Shown here: positions 28,585 to 38,315 of the stretch, piece by piece
How the letters are laid out: every line of letters begins with the position of its first letter
Position numbering within the stretch: position 1 is the first letter of the stretch
Assembly: GCA_036677365.1 (NCBI GenBank)
Contig: JAVBWN010000015.1
Span: forward strand, 15,847-79,846
Direction of reading: 5' to 3'
DNA from: Acholeplasma sp.
GTDB lineage: Bacteria; Bacillota_I; Bacilli_A; Acholeplasmatales; UBA5453
Length of the DNA stretch: 64,000 nucleotides
Notes under the pieces: model-generated
What the model was told of the DNA's origin: nothing
What the model saw: the letters and a program-made list of their open reading frames with translations, nothing else
Database searches by the model: none
Position numbers and translations under genes: made by a program

Positions 28585-29146
28585 AAATGCGTTCCTCTTC
28601 TTGTCTTTCCTTGATTTGTTTCAGTAGATATGCTTTCATATCGACCATAAAATCTTCTTGGTGACGTGCAATCATGAGAATGACCCACCCTAAGATGATG
28701 TTGAATCCATGTCTGGTGATGAGTACGACCCATTCAACGGTATCAAATAACCACCATTGAATCAGTACTTGGGTGAAAAACAGTGCTAAGTACCCTGTGA
28801 GAAAATATAATGTAACCAGCAAGACCTCACTGCGAATATGACTTTTATTGGTGATTTTAAACCACACCATGGCACTACTTAAGGTGAAAATCGATGCGAT
28901 GTATCCCAACATCGGTAATAAATCAAAATTTCGATACAGTATCGTGTGTAATAAGGCAATCACACCATTGACATATAGTCCGTAAGCACCCCATCGAAAA
29001 TAGATGATCATCAAGATGGGTGTTGAGAGTGTGACATATAAGAAAATCAATTCTTTTTGACTGGCAAAAAATCCAACAAGGTCTACAAGGACAGCCACTG
29101 CACCTAGTACAATCAAATCGATGAGACGGTATTTCGCTATTGTCAA
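28574..29146 (-). CDS. Hypothetical ~6-TM membrane protein, first gene of the ABC cluster
   Basis: TTG at 29146 is 7 nt behind AAGGAGG (the ORF-track start overlaps the CE8 gene); overlaps the permease start. Confidence 0.75.
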   Translation of the reverse strand: MTIAKYRLIDLIVLGAVAVLVDLVGFFASQKELIFLYVTLSTPILMIIYFRWGAYGLYVNGVIALLHTILYRNFDLLPMLGYIASIFTLSSAMVWFKITNKSHIRSEVLLVTLYFLTGYLALFFTQVLIQWWLFDTVEWVVLITRHGFNIILGWVILMIARHQEDFMVDMKAYLLKQIKERQEEERIYES

Positions 29147-29168
29147 AGTAAGACCTCCTTTATATAAT
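29140..29168 (+). promoter_or_regulatory. Probable sigma-A promoter of the pectinesterase gene
   Basis: TTGTCA-17-TATAAT, overlapping the SD and start of the opposite-strand gene. Confidence 0.6.
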
Positions 29169-29188
29169 AGATTTACGCGAGGTGTTTT

Positions 29189-30079
29189 ATGAAAACAATT
29201 GAACTGACCCCTAAAGATGATATTCAAGCCATTTTGGATGGTTATCCACTCGAGACCAAACTCGAAGTACACCTGTCTAATGGTTTTTACAAACAAAAAT
29301 TAACCTTGAGACACCCACATTTAAAGTTGATTGGTGAATCTCACGATACGATCATCTCATTCGACGACCACGCTTTGAAGTTCCACGCCGATGGTTTACT
29401 GATGAATACGTTTAGAACCCAAACGGTCTTGGTTTTGGCTGACCATGTGACTTTAACTAACCTTACCATTGAAAACACAAGTGGTACCGGTCCTAAAATT
29501 GGTCAAGCGATAGCGCTTTCTTCATACGGTGATGATACATTGATTCAAAATTGTATCCTCAAATCCACCCAAGATACCGTGTTCTTTGGGCCTCTGCCAT
29601 CGGATTTGATATTGCGTTATGATCATATATTATCTGATTTGGAACTTTTGAATCGTCCACTTAAACAATTCATCTTCAATTCCACCATCATCGGAAACAT
29701 TGATTTCATTTTTGGTGGTAGTGATGCGTTTTTCGATCACTGTACGATCATTTCGAATGGTAGTGGCTATATTGCAGCCCCATCTACACATCCCAAATCA
29801 TCGTTCGGGCTGGTTTTCAATGGTTGTCGCTTCCAATCCCTTGGACAGTACAACATCGTTCTAAGTCGACCTTGGCGATCTGGAGGAAAAGCCATTTTTA
29901 TCGATTCAACATTTACTATGCCGATATCGACCGAACGATATATGGATTGGGATAAACCGTATTTCGAGAATTACGAAACACCGTATGTACCACACCCATG
30001 GTCAAAACCTTTGCCCGAAACCATGAAATTAAAGATTTCGGAAATCATCGCTGAAAAGCGATTTTTTTTTACATGTTGA
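29189..30079 (+). CDS. Pectin methylesterase (CE8), no signal peptide
   Basis: GQAIAL, QDT, DFIFG and LSRPW motifs. Confidence 0.9.
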   Translation: MKTIELTPKDDIQAILDGYPLETKLEVHLSNGFYKQKLTLRHPHLKLIGESHDTIISFDDHALKFHADGLLMNTFRTQTVLVLADHVTLTNLTIENTSGTGPKIGQAIALSSYGDDTLIQNCILKSTQDTVFFGPLPSDLILRYDHILSDLELLNRPLKQFIFNSTIIGNIDFIFGGSDAFFDHCTIISNGSGYIAAPSTHPKSSFGLVFNGCRFQSLGQYNIVLSRPWRSGGKAIFIDSTFTMPISTERYMDWDKPYFENYETPYVPHPWSKPLPETMKLKISEIIAEKRFFFTC

Positions 30080-31460
30080 AGTACTTCTTCGCGTTGTTGT
30101 ATGCGATGTCTTCAACGATTCTACCCAGCACATCATAATCTTCTGGGAATAAACCTTGTTCCACCCAACGACCTATTTTATCACAGAGTAGGCGTCTGAA
30201 GTATTCGTGTCTTGGATAACTTAAGAAGGAACGAGAATCGGTGAGCATACCCACAAATCTCGAAAGTAAACCATTGTTCGCTAAAGCATCCATTTGTCGG
30301 CTCATCCCGTCAATCGTATCATTGAACCACCAAGCGGACCCACATTGGAGTTTACCTGGGGTTTTACCATCTTGGAACGCTTGCATCAGTGTCACAACGA
30401 CTTCGTGGTCGCGGGGATTGAGGGCATAGATGATGGTTTTTGGCAATTGATCATGATGGTCTAAAGCATCTAAAATGCGTGATAAGGGTTTAGCAATCAA
30501 TTCATCATTGATGGCATCATAACCCGTATCCGGCCCTAAGGTTTGTAACATGCGTTTGGAGTTATTTCTGAGTGCCCCAATGTGGTATTGTTGTACCCAA
30601 CCACGTTGGTGGTATGCTTTGCCTAAAAATACGAGCATATACCCTTTATATTTTTCAACTTCATCTTTGCTCAAGGTCACTTTGGCTCTGGCACGTTTGA
30701 ATATCAGGTCAATTTCTTCATCATTGGTATCTTGGAAATGGATTGAATCTAACCCGTGGTCCGATAAACGGCAGCCATGGTCATGGAAATAATCCATACG
30801 TTGGTTCAATGCACGCATCAAATCTTCGATTGTATCGATAGCAAACCCCACAACTGCACCCAATTGATTCAACCATTCGTTAAACCATGAAAGTTCAATA
30901 TTGATGGCTTTATCAGGTCTGAATGCTGGTTTCACTTTGAAATTGTTCGATTCTTTTTCTAATAACTCGTGGTATTTCAAATCATCGATGGGGTCGTCTG
31001 TTGTACAAACCAATTTAACGTTGCTCATTTCGATGAATTTTTTTGGTGTCATGTGCTTCAATTGAAGGTTGGCTTCATCGTAAATCGCTTTGGCGGTTTT
31101 TGGCGATAACAGCGTTTCAATGTTGAAGAAGCGACGTAATTCTAAGTGACTCCAATGGTACAGTGGGTTACCGACCAAATAAGGCATCACTTCTGCGTAT
31201 TTGTAAAATTTATCAAAATCCGGCTGATTGCCTGTAATAAAGGATTCATCTACCCCATTGGCACGCATCAAACGCCATTTGTAGTGGTCACCACCCAACC
31301 AAACCTTCGATAAATTATCAAATGGTTTGTTTTCATAAATCTCTTTTGGGTTTAAATGACAGTGATAGTCGATGATGGGCATGTTTGAAGCATATTCATG
31401 ATAAAGCTTTTTCGCGACCGCATTGCTGAGCATGAAGTCTTTATTCATAAATGTATTCAT
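30069..31460 (-). CDS. uxaC: Uronate isomerase
   Basis: IDYHCHL, GDHYKWR, GSAWWFND and TDSRSFLSY motifs. Confidence 0.96.
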   Translation of the reverse strand: MNTFMNKDFMLSNAVAKKLYHEYASNMPIIDYHCHLNPKEIYENKPFDNLSKVWLGGDHYKWRLMRANGVDESFITGNQPDFDKFYKYAEVMPYLVGNPLYHWSHLELRRFFNIETLLSPKTAKAIYDEANLQLKHMTPKKFIEMSNVKLVCTTDDPIDDLKYHELLEKESNNFKVKPAFRPDKAINIELSWFNEWLNQLGAVVGFAIDTIEDLMRALNQRMDYFHDHGCRLSDHGLDSIHFQDTNDEEIDLIFKRARAKVTLSKDEVEKYKGYMLVFLGKAYHQRGWVQQYHIGALRNNSKRMLQTLGPDTGYDAINDELIAKPLSRILDALDHHDQLPKTIIYALNPRDHEVVVTLMQAFQDGKTPGKLQCGSAWWFNDTIDGMSRQMDALANNGLLSRFVGMLTDSRSFLSYPRHEYFRRLLCDKIGRWVEQGLFPEDYDVLGRIVEDIAYNNAKKYFNM

Positions 31461-31471
31461 ATGATTCCTCC

Positions 31472-32956
31472 TTATAGGATGACGCCTGTTTTAAAAATAC
31501 CTATTTCTCTAAAATGATTGATTTCGTTTCTTGTTTTTTGGCCGTTGACTACTGAAACGATGAAATCGATGAATTGTTCTAATAAGGTATCCATATCGAC
31601 CCCTTCAGTCAAACTACCGGCATTGAAGTCGATCCAATTGGGTTTTTTCTTATAAATTTCTGAGTTGGTTGATACCTTGATGGTTGGAATGAATCCACCA
31701 AATGGGGTGCCACGTCCAGTGGAGAATAAGACGAGTTGGCAACCACTCATGCCTAAGGTAGTGACCGATACTAAGTCATTCCCTGGGGCACTGATGAGGT
31801 TTAAGCCTTTGGTTTTGAGTCTTTCCGTTTGACCTAAGACATCACAAACCATCGATAATCCCGCTTTTTGTGTACAACCCAGCGATTTATCTTCTAAAGT
31901 AGAAATCCCACCATTTTTATTGCCCGGTGAAGGGTTATCATAAATGACTTGGTTGTTCTTCTTGTAATAAGCTTTGAAGTCGTTGATGAGTTTGACGGTT
32001 TTTTCAAAGACGGTTTGGTCTTTGGAACGTCTCATCAAAATTTTTTCTGCACCAAACATTTCAGGCACTTCCGTCAACACGGTGGTGCCACCATGGTGGG
32101 TGATGTAATCGGAAAGTTTACCCAATAAAGGGTTCGCTGTGATGCCTGATAAACCATCAGACCCACCGCATTTGAGACCAATGCGTAATTCAGAGATATC
32201 CGCCTTCACGCGTTGATCGTCTTTCATCGCGTTGTAAAGTTCTTTTAGCACTGCCAATCCCGCTTCGAGTTCATCTTCTACGTCTTGCATGACTAAAAAT
32301 TTCACACGGTTCGGATCATAGTTGCCATAGGATTCTCTAAATGCTTTGACTTGGTTGTTTTCACAACCCAAACCCAACACCAAGACTGCGCCGGCATTCG
32401 GGTGTTTCGAGATGTTCTGTAACGTCTCTTTGGTATTTTCATGGTCATCGCCCATTTGAGAACAACCAAATTGGTGTCCAAATAGGTGTATGCCATCGAA
32501 TTCTGGTCCTGGATTGACTTCTTTCATGAATAAATCCGCGAGTTGTTTGGTTTGTCCAACGATACAACCTACGGTCGGAACAATCCAAAGCTCATTACGA
32601 ATGCCAACTTCACCATTTGCTCTGCGATAAACGTATATATCGCGATTTTTAGGTTTTACTTCATAAGATTCATATTGTGGGGTGTACTGATAATCGAGGA
32701 CATCGTTTAAATTGGTGGCTAAATTATGTACGTGTACATGCGCCCCTGTTTTTATATCTTTTGTAGCATGTCCAATCGGGAAGCCATATTTGATGATGTC
32801 TTCACCCGCTTGGATATCTTTAAGTGCGATTTTGTGGCCTTTTAAAACATCTTCGGTCAAGGTGATGTCATTCACGATTTGACCTTGTTTTAAATCCATC
32901 AAAGCAATCATCACATTGTCATCGTTGTGGATGATTAGAAATGGTGTTTGTTTCAA
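31472..32956 (-). CDS. uxaA: Altronate dehydratase
   Basis: SAF domain GHKIA..IIKYG; GLGCENNQ, CGGSDG and NPSPGNK motifs. Confidence 0.95.
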   Translation of the reverse strand: MKQTPFLIIHNDDNVMIALMDLKQGQIVNDITLTEDVLKGHKIALKDIQAGEDIIKYGFPIGHATKDIKTGAHVHVHNLATNLNDVLDYQYTPQYESYEVKPKNRDIYVYRRANGEVGIRNELWIVPTVGCIVGQTKQLADLFMKEVNPGPEFDGIHLFGHQFGCSQMGDDHENTKETLQNISKHPNAGAVLVLGLGCENNQVKAFRESYGNYDPNRVKFLVMQDVEDELEAGLAVLKELYNAMKDDQRVKADISELRIGLKCGGSDGLSGITANPLLGKLSDYITHHGGTTVLTEVPEMFGAEKILMRRSKDQTVFEKTVKLINDFKAYYKKNNQVIYDNPSPGNKNGGISTLEDKSLGCTQKAGLSMVCDVLGQTERLKTKGLNLISAPGNDLVSVTTLGMSGCQLVLFSTGRGTPFGGFIPTIKVSTNSEIYKKKPNWIDFNAGSLTEGVDMDTLLEQFIDFIVSVVNGQKTRNEINHFREIGIFKTGVIL

Positions 32957-32959
32957 TGC

Positions 32960-34393
32960 TTAAGCCTCCAATACGTGTTGTAAAGCGTTTCTCATACCCA
33001 GTGATAGGATGGCTTCTACGTTTTGATTCACATAGTTCACAACATCGGTTTGAACCAAACGGCTGGTTTCCCAGTGAGATAAACCTAAGACCGTTTGAAC
33101 CACTTCAGTGACATTGCCTTTAGACCATAGTTGTTGGTAGAGTTCTAAGAATTGCGGGTCATCTTGAAGTTTGATCGATTCATCGTTGCGTTTACCACGA
33201 TAGAATACGATGTTGGCTGCCAAACTGAATAATTGTAACTTAGGGAACTTACCATGGTCGAGTTGAGTCAACACACTCGGTAAAATTCTCGATTTATATT
33301 TGCTCATCGAGTTCAATGCGATACTCATGAGTTCATGTCTAACAAAAGGGTTTAAATAGCGTTCCAAAACCGCTTGAGCGAATTTTTCCATATCGGCTTT
33401 AGGTAAATCGATGGTTGGAATCACTTCTTGCCAAATGAGATTTTGAATGAATTTGCCCACTTGCGGGTCAGTTACGGCTTCTTTGACCGTGTCGATGCCA
33501 CAAAGATAAGCAATCGGAACCAATGCGGTATGAGAACCATTTAAGATTTTCACTTTGCGTTCTTTATAAGGTTTGAGCACATCTACAAAGTACACATTCA
33601 AGCCCGCTTGATCAAAAGGTAATCTTTGATTTAAGCCTTTTTCACCTTCAATGACCCATAAGTGGAAGATTTCCCCTTTGACCATGGAATGATCTAAATA
33701 CCCAAATTCAGATTCCAAGCGTTGTGCATCTTGTTTTGGATAACCTGGAACAATACGGTCAACCAAGGTGTTATAAAAGCGATTGGCTGTCGTCATCCAG
33801 TGAATGAATGTTTCACTCATGTTGTTGTAACGGGCCATTTCAACCAACACTTTTTTAAGGGTTTGACCGTTATCGTCGATGAGTTCACATGCCAAGATAT
33901 CTAATCCCGCTTCTTTTGCACCAGCGAATACTTCAAAGCGCATGCGTAGGAAGGCGAGTAGTTTGCCAGGGAATGAGGTTGGGCATTGATTGAAATGGAT
34001 GGTTTCAGCCATGAATGCGATGCCCGCTTCAGTGGTATTGGAAACCACCGTGGTTAAGATGGGTGATGCTGCTAAATCCAAATAGTTTTGATATTGTGTG
34101 TATGGGTCGATGAATTCAGATAAAACATCGATGATTTTGTGTTCAGAGATGACTTTACCTTGTTCAAGGCCTTCTAAAATCAATGTGTATAAACCGTCTT
34201 GTTGTTCTAAATCTCTAACTCTGCCTTGTGGCATCGGTTGGATGACAGCGACATTGCCATCAAACAAACCTTGTTCATTCAGTGTTTGAATAAAAGGGTC
34301 TACGAAAGCACGTAGAAAATTACCTTCTCCAAATTGAACAACCTTGATTGGTCGTTTTGGAAAAGGTCGAATGACCCTAGATAATCTATCCAT
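32960..34393 (-). CDS. uxaB: Tagaturonate reductase (altronate oxidoreductase)
   Basis: QFGEGNFLRAF, SNTTEAG, VDRIVPG and KVKILNGSH motifs. Confidence 0.95.
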   Translation of the reverse strand: MDRLSRVIRPFPKRPIKVVQFGEGNFLRAFVDPFIQTLNEQGLFDGNVAVIQPMPQGRVRDLEQQDGLYTLILEGLEQGKVISEHKIIDVLSEFIDPYTQYQNYLDLAASPILTTVVSNTTEAGIAFMAETIHFNQCPTSFPGKLLAFLRMRFEVFAGAKEAGLDILACELIDDNGQTLKKVLVEMARYNNMSETFIHWMTTANRFYNTLVDRIVPGYPKQDAQRLESEFGYLDHSMVKGEIFHLWVIEGEKGLNQRLPFDQAGLNVYFVDVLKPYKERKVKILNGSHTALVPIAYLCGIDTVKEAVTDPQVGKFIQNLIWQEVIPTIDLPKADMEKFAQAVLERYLNPFVRHELMSIALNSMSKYKSRILPSVLTQLDHGKFPKLQLFSLAANIVFYRGKRNDESIKLQDDPQFLELYQQLWSKGNVTEVVQTVLGLSHWETSRLVQTDVVNYVNQNVEAILSLGMRNALQHVLEA

Positions 34394-34436
34394 AAAATCC
34401 TCCCAGAAATGGTGATCAGTATTCGTTCAATTTATC

Positions 34437-34452
34437 GTCCGTATATGCGGAC
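34437..34452. promoter_or_regulatory. Probable IclR-type operator in the uxaB leader
   Basis: Palindrome GTCCGTATATGCGGAC just downstream of the promoter. Confidence 0.65.
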
Positions 34453-34470
34453 ACCGTTTAAATACACCTA

Positions 34471-34499
34471 ATTTTATCATGGAAAATAAAACCTGTCAA
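34471..34499 (-). promoter_or_regulatory. Sigma-A promoter of uxaB
   Basis: TTGACA-17-TAAAAT with extended TGn. Confidence 0.8.
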
Positions 34500-34644
34500 C
34501 GGTTTCAGAGCAAATTTTGTAACCGTTTTTTGGAAAGTTTGAAAAAGCGTTTATAAATACCCGTAAAAACACAGGTATTTTTAAGGTGCTTCTTTAGAAG
34601 GGGTCATTTTATAAACACCATACACACTTTTTATGAAAAAAGCC

Positions 34645-34672
34645 AAAAAAAATGCACCGCTTGGGTGCATTT
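34645..34672 (-). terminator. Intrinsic terminator after the aldo/keto reductase
   Basis: AATGCACC/GGTGCATT stem plus T-run. Confidence 0.75.
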
Positions 34673-35516
34673 AGCTTTGTTTTACAAATGAATTGTTGTC
34701 TGGGTCAGTGTATACACGACGGCCACGATTGAGTTGATTGATCGATGCCAGTTCTTCTACGGTCAACTTCAAATCTTTGGCTTCAAAATTCTCTTTTAAG
34801 CGTTTTGGGGTCACCGATTTTGGGATCATTAAGATTCCGCGTTGTAATCCCCAAGCGATGATGACTTGTGCAATGGATTTTTGGTACTTATCTGCAATCC
34901 CTTTAAGTACGGCATAATAAGGCCCTTCTTCACTAAATACTTCACCCTTCATGAATGGACCATACGAAATCAATGCGATGTGCTTTTCATTTAAGTACAC
35001 TTGGGTAGGTAATTGATAGAGCCCTGGGTGTAATTCAATTTGATTGGCCATTGGCACAATCTTGGCTGTTTTCAATAAAGCATCCATGTGATGAATCTTG
35101 AAATTGGATACCCCGATGGCTCTGGCTAATTTTTGTTCATACACTTCTTCCATACCACGCCAAGTCGCTTGATTTAAGGCATTCGACGGGCTAGGCCAGT
35201 GGATTAAGTATACGTCCACGTAATCTAAACCCAATTTTTCCAATGAAATCTTGAGTTCTTTTTTCGCTTCTTCATAACCTAGGTTGATGGGTGATAATTT
35301 GGTTGTTACAAAGATATCTTCCCTTGGGATGCCAGAGTCATGAATGGCTCTACCGACTGAAGCCTCATTCCCATAAATTTGAGCGGTATCGATGTGACGG
35401 TATCCCAGTTTAAGTGCTTCTAAAACCGTATCATAGGCTTCACCTTCGGATACTTTAAATGTCCCTAAACCAAGCATCGGCATTTTCACGCCGTTGGATA
35501 GTATTTTGTATTCCAT
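34671..35516 (-). CDS. Aldo/keto reductase
   Basis: GYRHIDTAQIY, LIHWP, IGVSNF and IPKS motifs. Confidence 0.93.
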   Translation of the reverse strand: MEYKILSNGVKMPMLGLGTFKVSEGEAYDTVLEALKLGYRHIDTAQIYGNEASVGRAIHDSGIPREDIFVTTKLSPINLGYEEAKKELKISLEKLGLDYVDVYLIHWPSPSNALNQATWRGMEEVYEQKLARAIGVSNFKIHHMDALLKTAKIVPMANQIELHPGLYQLPTQVYLNEKHIALISYGPFMKGEVFSEEGPYYAVLKGIADKYQKSIAQVIIAWGLQRGILMIPKSVTPKRLKENFEAKDLKLTVEELASINQLNRGRRVYTDPDNNSFVKQS

Positions 35517-35538
35517 TTTTAAATCCTCCTATAGTTTA

Positions 35539-36603
35539 TTATAACAGTGGATTTTGAAGTTTTGCAATTTTCTCGTTGGTCAAGTCTTTAAGTAAAGCGC
35601 GTACCATCAGCCATGCAGATTGGTGGTCGGATAGATCAAACATCGCCACTGTAGAGTGAATGTAGCGCGCAGGTAAGCCAATGGTGGTTGCGATAATACC
35701 ATCGTTGGAATCCAGTGCTCTTGCCGCGTCTGTTCCGCCTTTAGCAATATACACTTGGTGTTTAATGGATTGTGATGCTGCCAAATCTTTAAAATAATTA
35801 AATAGACGTGGTGCCATGATGTTTCGTGGGTCAAATAGGCGAATGAGGAAACCATCCCCCATTTTACCAGAGGCTTTAGGGTCAGCCAAATCGTTTAAAG
35901 GTGAAGCGTCCAATGCAAGGAAAAAATCAGGTTTGAATTTAAAAACTGAAGTCCCTGCTCCCCTTAAGCCCACCTCTTCTTGAACGGTTGCACCGACAAC
36001 CAAATTAAACGGCAAATCGATGTCGTGGAAATCACGGATGATTTCTAAAGCCATGCCACAACCCCAACGGTTATCGACAGCTTTAGACATCGCTTTTGTG
36101 CCATCAAAATTGAGTTCAAAATCGTTTTTTGGTAATACCATGTCACCCACAGCAATACCTGCTTGCAAGACGTCTTCTTTGGATTTAGCGCCAATATCAA
36201 AAATCAAATCGGGAAAGTCCGCTGCTTGATTTTTAGATAAATGGGGTGGTACAGAACCAATGATGCCAGGAATCAAGCCTTTTTTGGTTTCAGCATACAA
36301 TTTTTGTGAAATGAATACTTCAGCAACCAACCCGCCAATCGGGATCACCTTGATGGCTCCATTTTGTAAAATATCTGAAATCATTAAACCGACTTCATCC
36401 ATATGGCCTGCTACCATCACGGTTTTCGCATCAGCAACTTTGGATTTTTTGACTGCGAAAATCGAACCCAAATTATCGACTTCAATGTCATATTTTGGGT
36501 ACTTACGCATCTCATTCACGATGATTTGGAAGACATTGTGTTCATACGCTGAAATCCCAAATGCATTCATCAATTTTTCATAAATCGGATCAATTTTCAT
36601 CAT
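35539..36603 (-). CDS. M42 family (glutamyl) aminopeptidase
   Basis: GHMDEVG, KAVDNR, QEEVGLRGA, GGTDA and RYIHS motifs. Confidence 0.92.
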   Translation of the reverse strand: MMKIDPIYEKLMNAFGISAYEHNVFQIIVNEMRKYPKYDIEVDNLGSIFAVKKSKVADAKTVMVAGHMDEVGLMISDILQNGAIKVIPIGGLVAEVFISQKLYAETKKGLIPGIIGSVPPHLSKNQAADFPDLIFDIGAKSKEDVLQAGIAVGDMVLPKNDFELNFDGTKAMSKAVDNRWGCGMALEIIRDFHDIDLPFNLVVGATVQEEVGLRGAGTSVFKFKPDFFLALDASPLNDLADPKASGKMGDGFLIRLFDPRNIMAPRLFNYFKDLAASQSIKHQVYIAKGGTDAARALDSNDGIIATTIGLPARYIHSTVAMFDLSDHQSAWLMVRALLKDLTNEKIAKLQNPLL

Positions 36604-37196
36604 TTTAATCTTGCCTTAAACCCATAGATCGGGCTTTCCTTTCGTTTCTTTTCTTCGTATTCAGAGACAGCTTCACGACAATCACATTGGGTGTTGGCCC
36701 AAAAGACTTCAAATCGTGAAGACATCAAGTATTCTAAGGAATCTAAATAAAGTGGTTCAAAATCAGATCTAAACTCCAATTCCCCACCGTCTATCAAAAT
36801 GGTTTCATACATACGTAAATAGGTTTCAGCCGTCAATCGTCTCTTATGGTGGCGTTTTTTCGGCCACGGGTCACTAAAGTTTAAGTATATTTTCGATACT
36901 GACTTGGGATTAAAATATTCTAGCAACGCATTGGCATCATCTTGGACAATGGTTAAATTGGGCAACATTAAAGCTTCTTGTTTTTCCAAAATACGGTAAC
37001 ACACATTGATGTCTTTTTCAAACGCCACAAAGTGTATGTTTGGGTACAATTTCGCCAATTCTGTAATGAATTTACCTTTTCCACTGCCTACTTCCAATAC
37101 GATGGGTAGGTCAGCGGTGATTATTTTGGGTTCAGTTAAGATTAAGTTGGATTCATGAATGGCGTCATACGCCTGTTTGACTTTTTTAGTTCTCAC
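36600..37196 (-). CDS. trmB: tRNA (guanine-N7)-methyltransferase
   Basis: EVGSGKG and NFSDPWPKKRHHKRRL motifs. Confidence 0.95.
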   Translation of the reverse strand: MRTKKVKQAYDAIHESNLILTEPKIITADLPIVLEVGSGKGKFITELAKLYPNIHFVAFEKDINVCYRILEKQEALMLPNLTIVQDDANALLEYFNPKSVSKIYLNFSDPWPKKRHHKRRLTAETYLRMYETILIDGGELEFRSDFEPLYLDSLEYLMSSRFEVFWANTQCDCREAVSEYEEKKRKESPIYGFKARLK

Positions 37197-38043
37197 TGTT
37201 TTTAATGATCACATACGACCCGTATGCGGCTCCTATACTTAAAATAATGCCTAAAAGAATTTCTACCCATCCAAAATATTGGAGGGGTTTGGTTTGGTGT
37301 AACATGGTTAAAACTGAAATTGGGCTCGATAACAATAAGCCCAAAATGCCTGCATAAAACAAAGATTCATACGTTTTCATGATGATTGAAATGACTTTTG
37401 AGAAAACGATTAAACCGATCAGTGCACCGATTAAAAATACCATGATTGCCGGTAATAACTCAAATAAAGTGACGAAATCTAGGCTAAATACGGCTTCAAT
37501 CGCACCTTTTGCAAGCGACAACACATGGGCATAATACCCCAATAACAATAAGACCAAAGACCCACTGATGCCTGGTGCAATCATCGTGCCTGCAGCGATG
37601 AATCCCACCAAGAGTAACATCAAGTAATACACCCATCCGGTGTGTACGGTGATATTGGACTTCAAGATTGGTAATAATACCATCAACACAAACGCAATCC
37701 CAAATATTAGGGCATGGGCAACATCTTTATGTTGGATTTTCTTATAAATGGATTCAACCCCACCGAGAATCAAACCGATGAATATTAACGTGGTGAGTAA
37801 GGGTACTTCACGATACCCCAAATCGATAACAAAAACCCCAAAGACAATCCCTAGCGCCAATCCTATAAGGATGGGATAAAGTGCTTTGATGGTTTTAAGT
37901 GGCGTTTTAAATATCGATAATATCCCGTTGATAAGCGTTTCATAGATACCAAAAATGACGGCCATGGTACCACCGCTTACCCCTGGGATAATGTTGGCCA
38001 ATCCAATGAAGAACCCGCCAACAACTGTTTTAAACTTAGACAT
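37186..38043 (-). CDS. DUF368 membrane protein (putative undecaprenyl-phosphate translocase)
   Basis: Twin motifs IPGVSGGT and APGISGS; multi-TM. Confidence 0.88.
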   Translation of the reverse strand: MSKFKTVVGGFFIGLANIIPGVSGGTMAVIFGIYETLINGILSIFKTPLKTIKALYPILIGLALGIVFGVFVIDLGYREVPLLTTLIFIGLILGGVESIYKKIQHKDVAHALIFGIAFVLMVLLPILKSNITVHTGWVYYLMLLLVGFIAAGTMIAPGISGSLVLLLLGYYAHVLSLAKGAIEAVFSLDFVTLFELLPAIMVFLIGALIGLIVFSKVISIIMKTYESLFYAGILGLLLSSPISVLTMLHQTKPLQYFGWVEILLGIILSIGAAYGSYVIIKNSEN

Positions 38044-38311
38044 CGAGAGGTAACCCTAAATTATCCTTAATCAATAAATCGGTTAACGCTTCGATTGCAA
38101 CGGCTTCATCTTCGCCAATGACACGAATGGTAAATTCTGCATGGCGATAGATGCCTAAAGACATCACGCCCATGATGGATTTCATGTCTACGGCTTTTTG
38201 GTTAGCAATCAACCAAACATCGGATTTGAAGCGGTTGGCTAAAGTGACTAAATTGGTGGCAGGTCTGGCATGAATGCCATTTTCTGCGATGACTCTAAAT
38301 GATTTTTCCAT
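38036..38311 (-). CDS. ptsH: Phosphocarrier protein HPr
   Basis: GIHARPA (His15) and KSIMGVMSLG (Ser46); start ATG 38311. Confidence 0.92.
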   Translation of the reverse strand: MEKSFRVIAENGIHARPATNLVTLANRFKSDVWLIANQKAVDMKSIMGVMSLGIYRHAEFTIRVIGEDEAVAIEALTDLLIKDNLGLPLDV

Positions 38312-38315
38312 CGTA

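Noticed and set aside
29147..29296. ORF-track N-terminal extension of the 28574 membrane protein
   Set aside because: It overlaps the CE8 gene; a strong SD supports TTG at 29146
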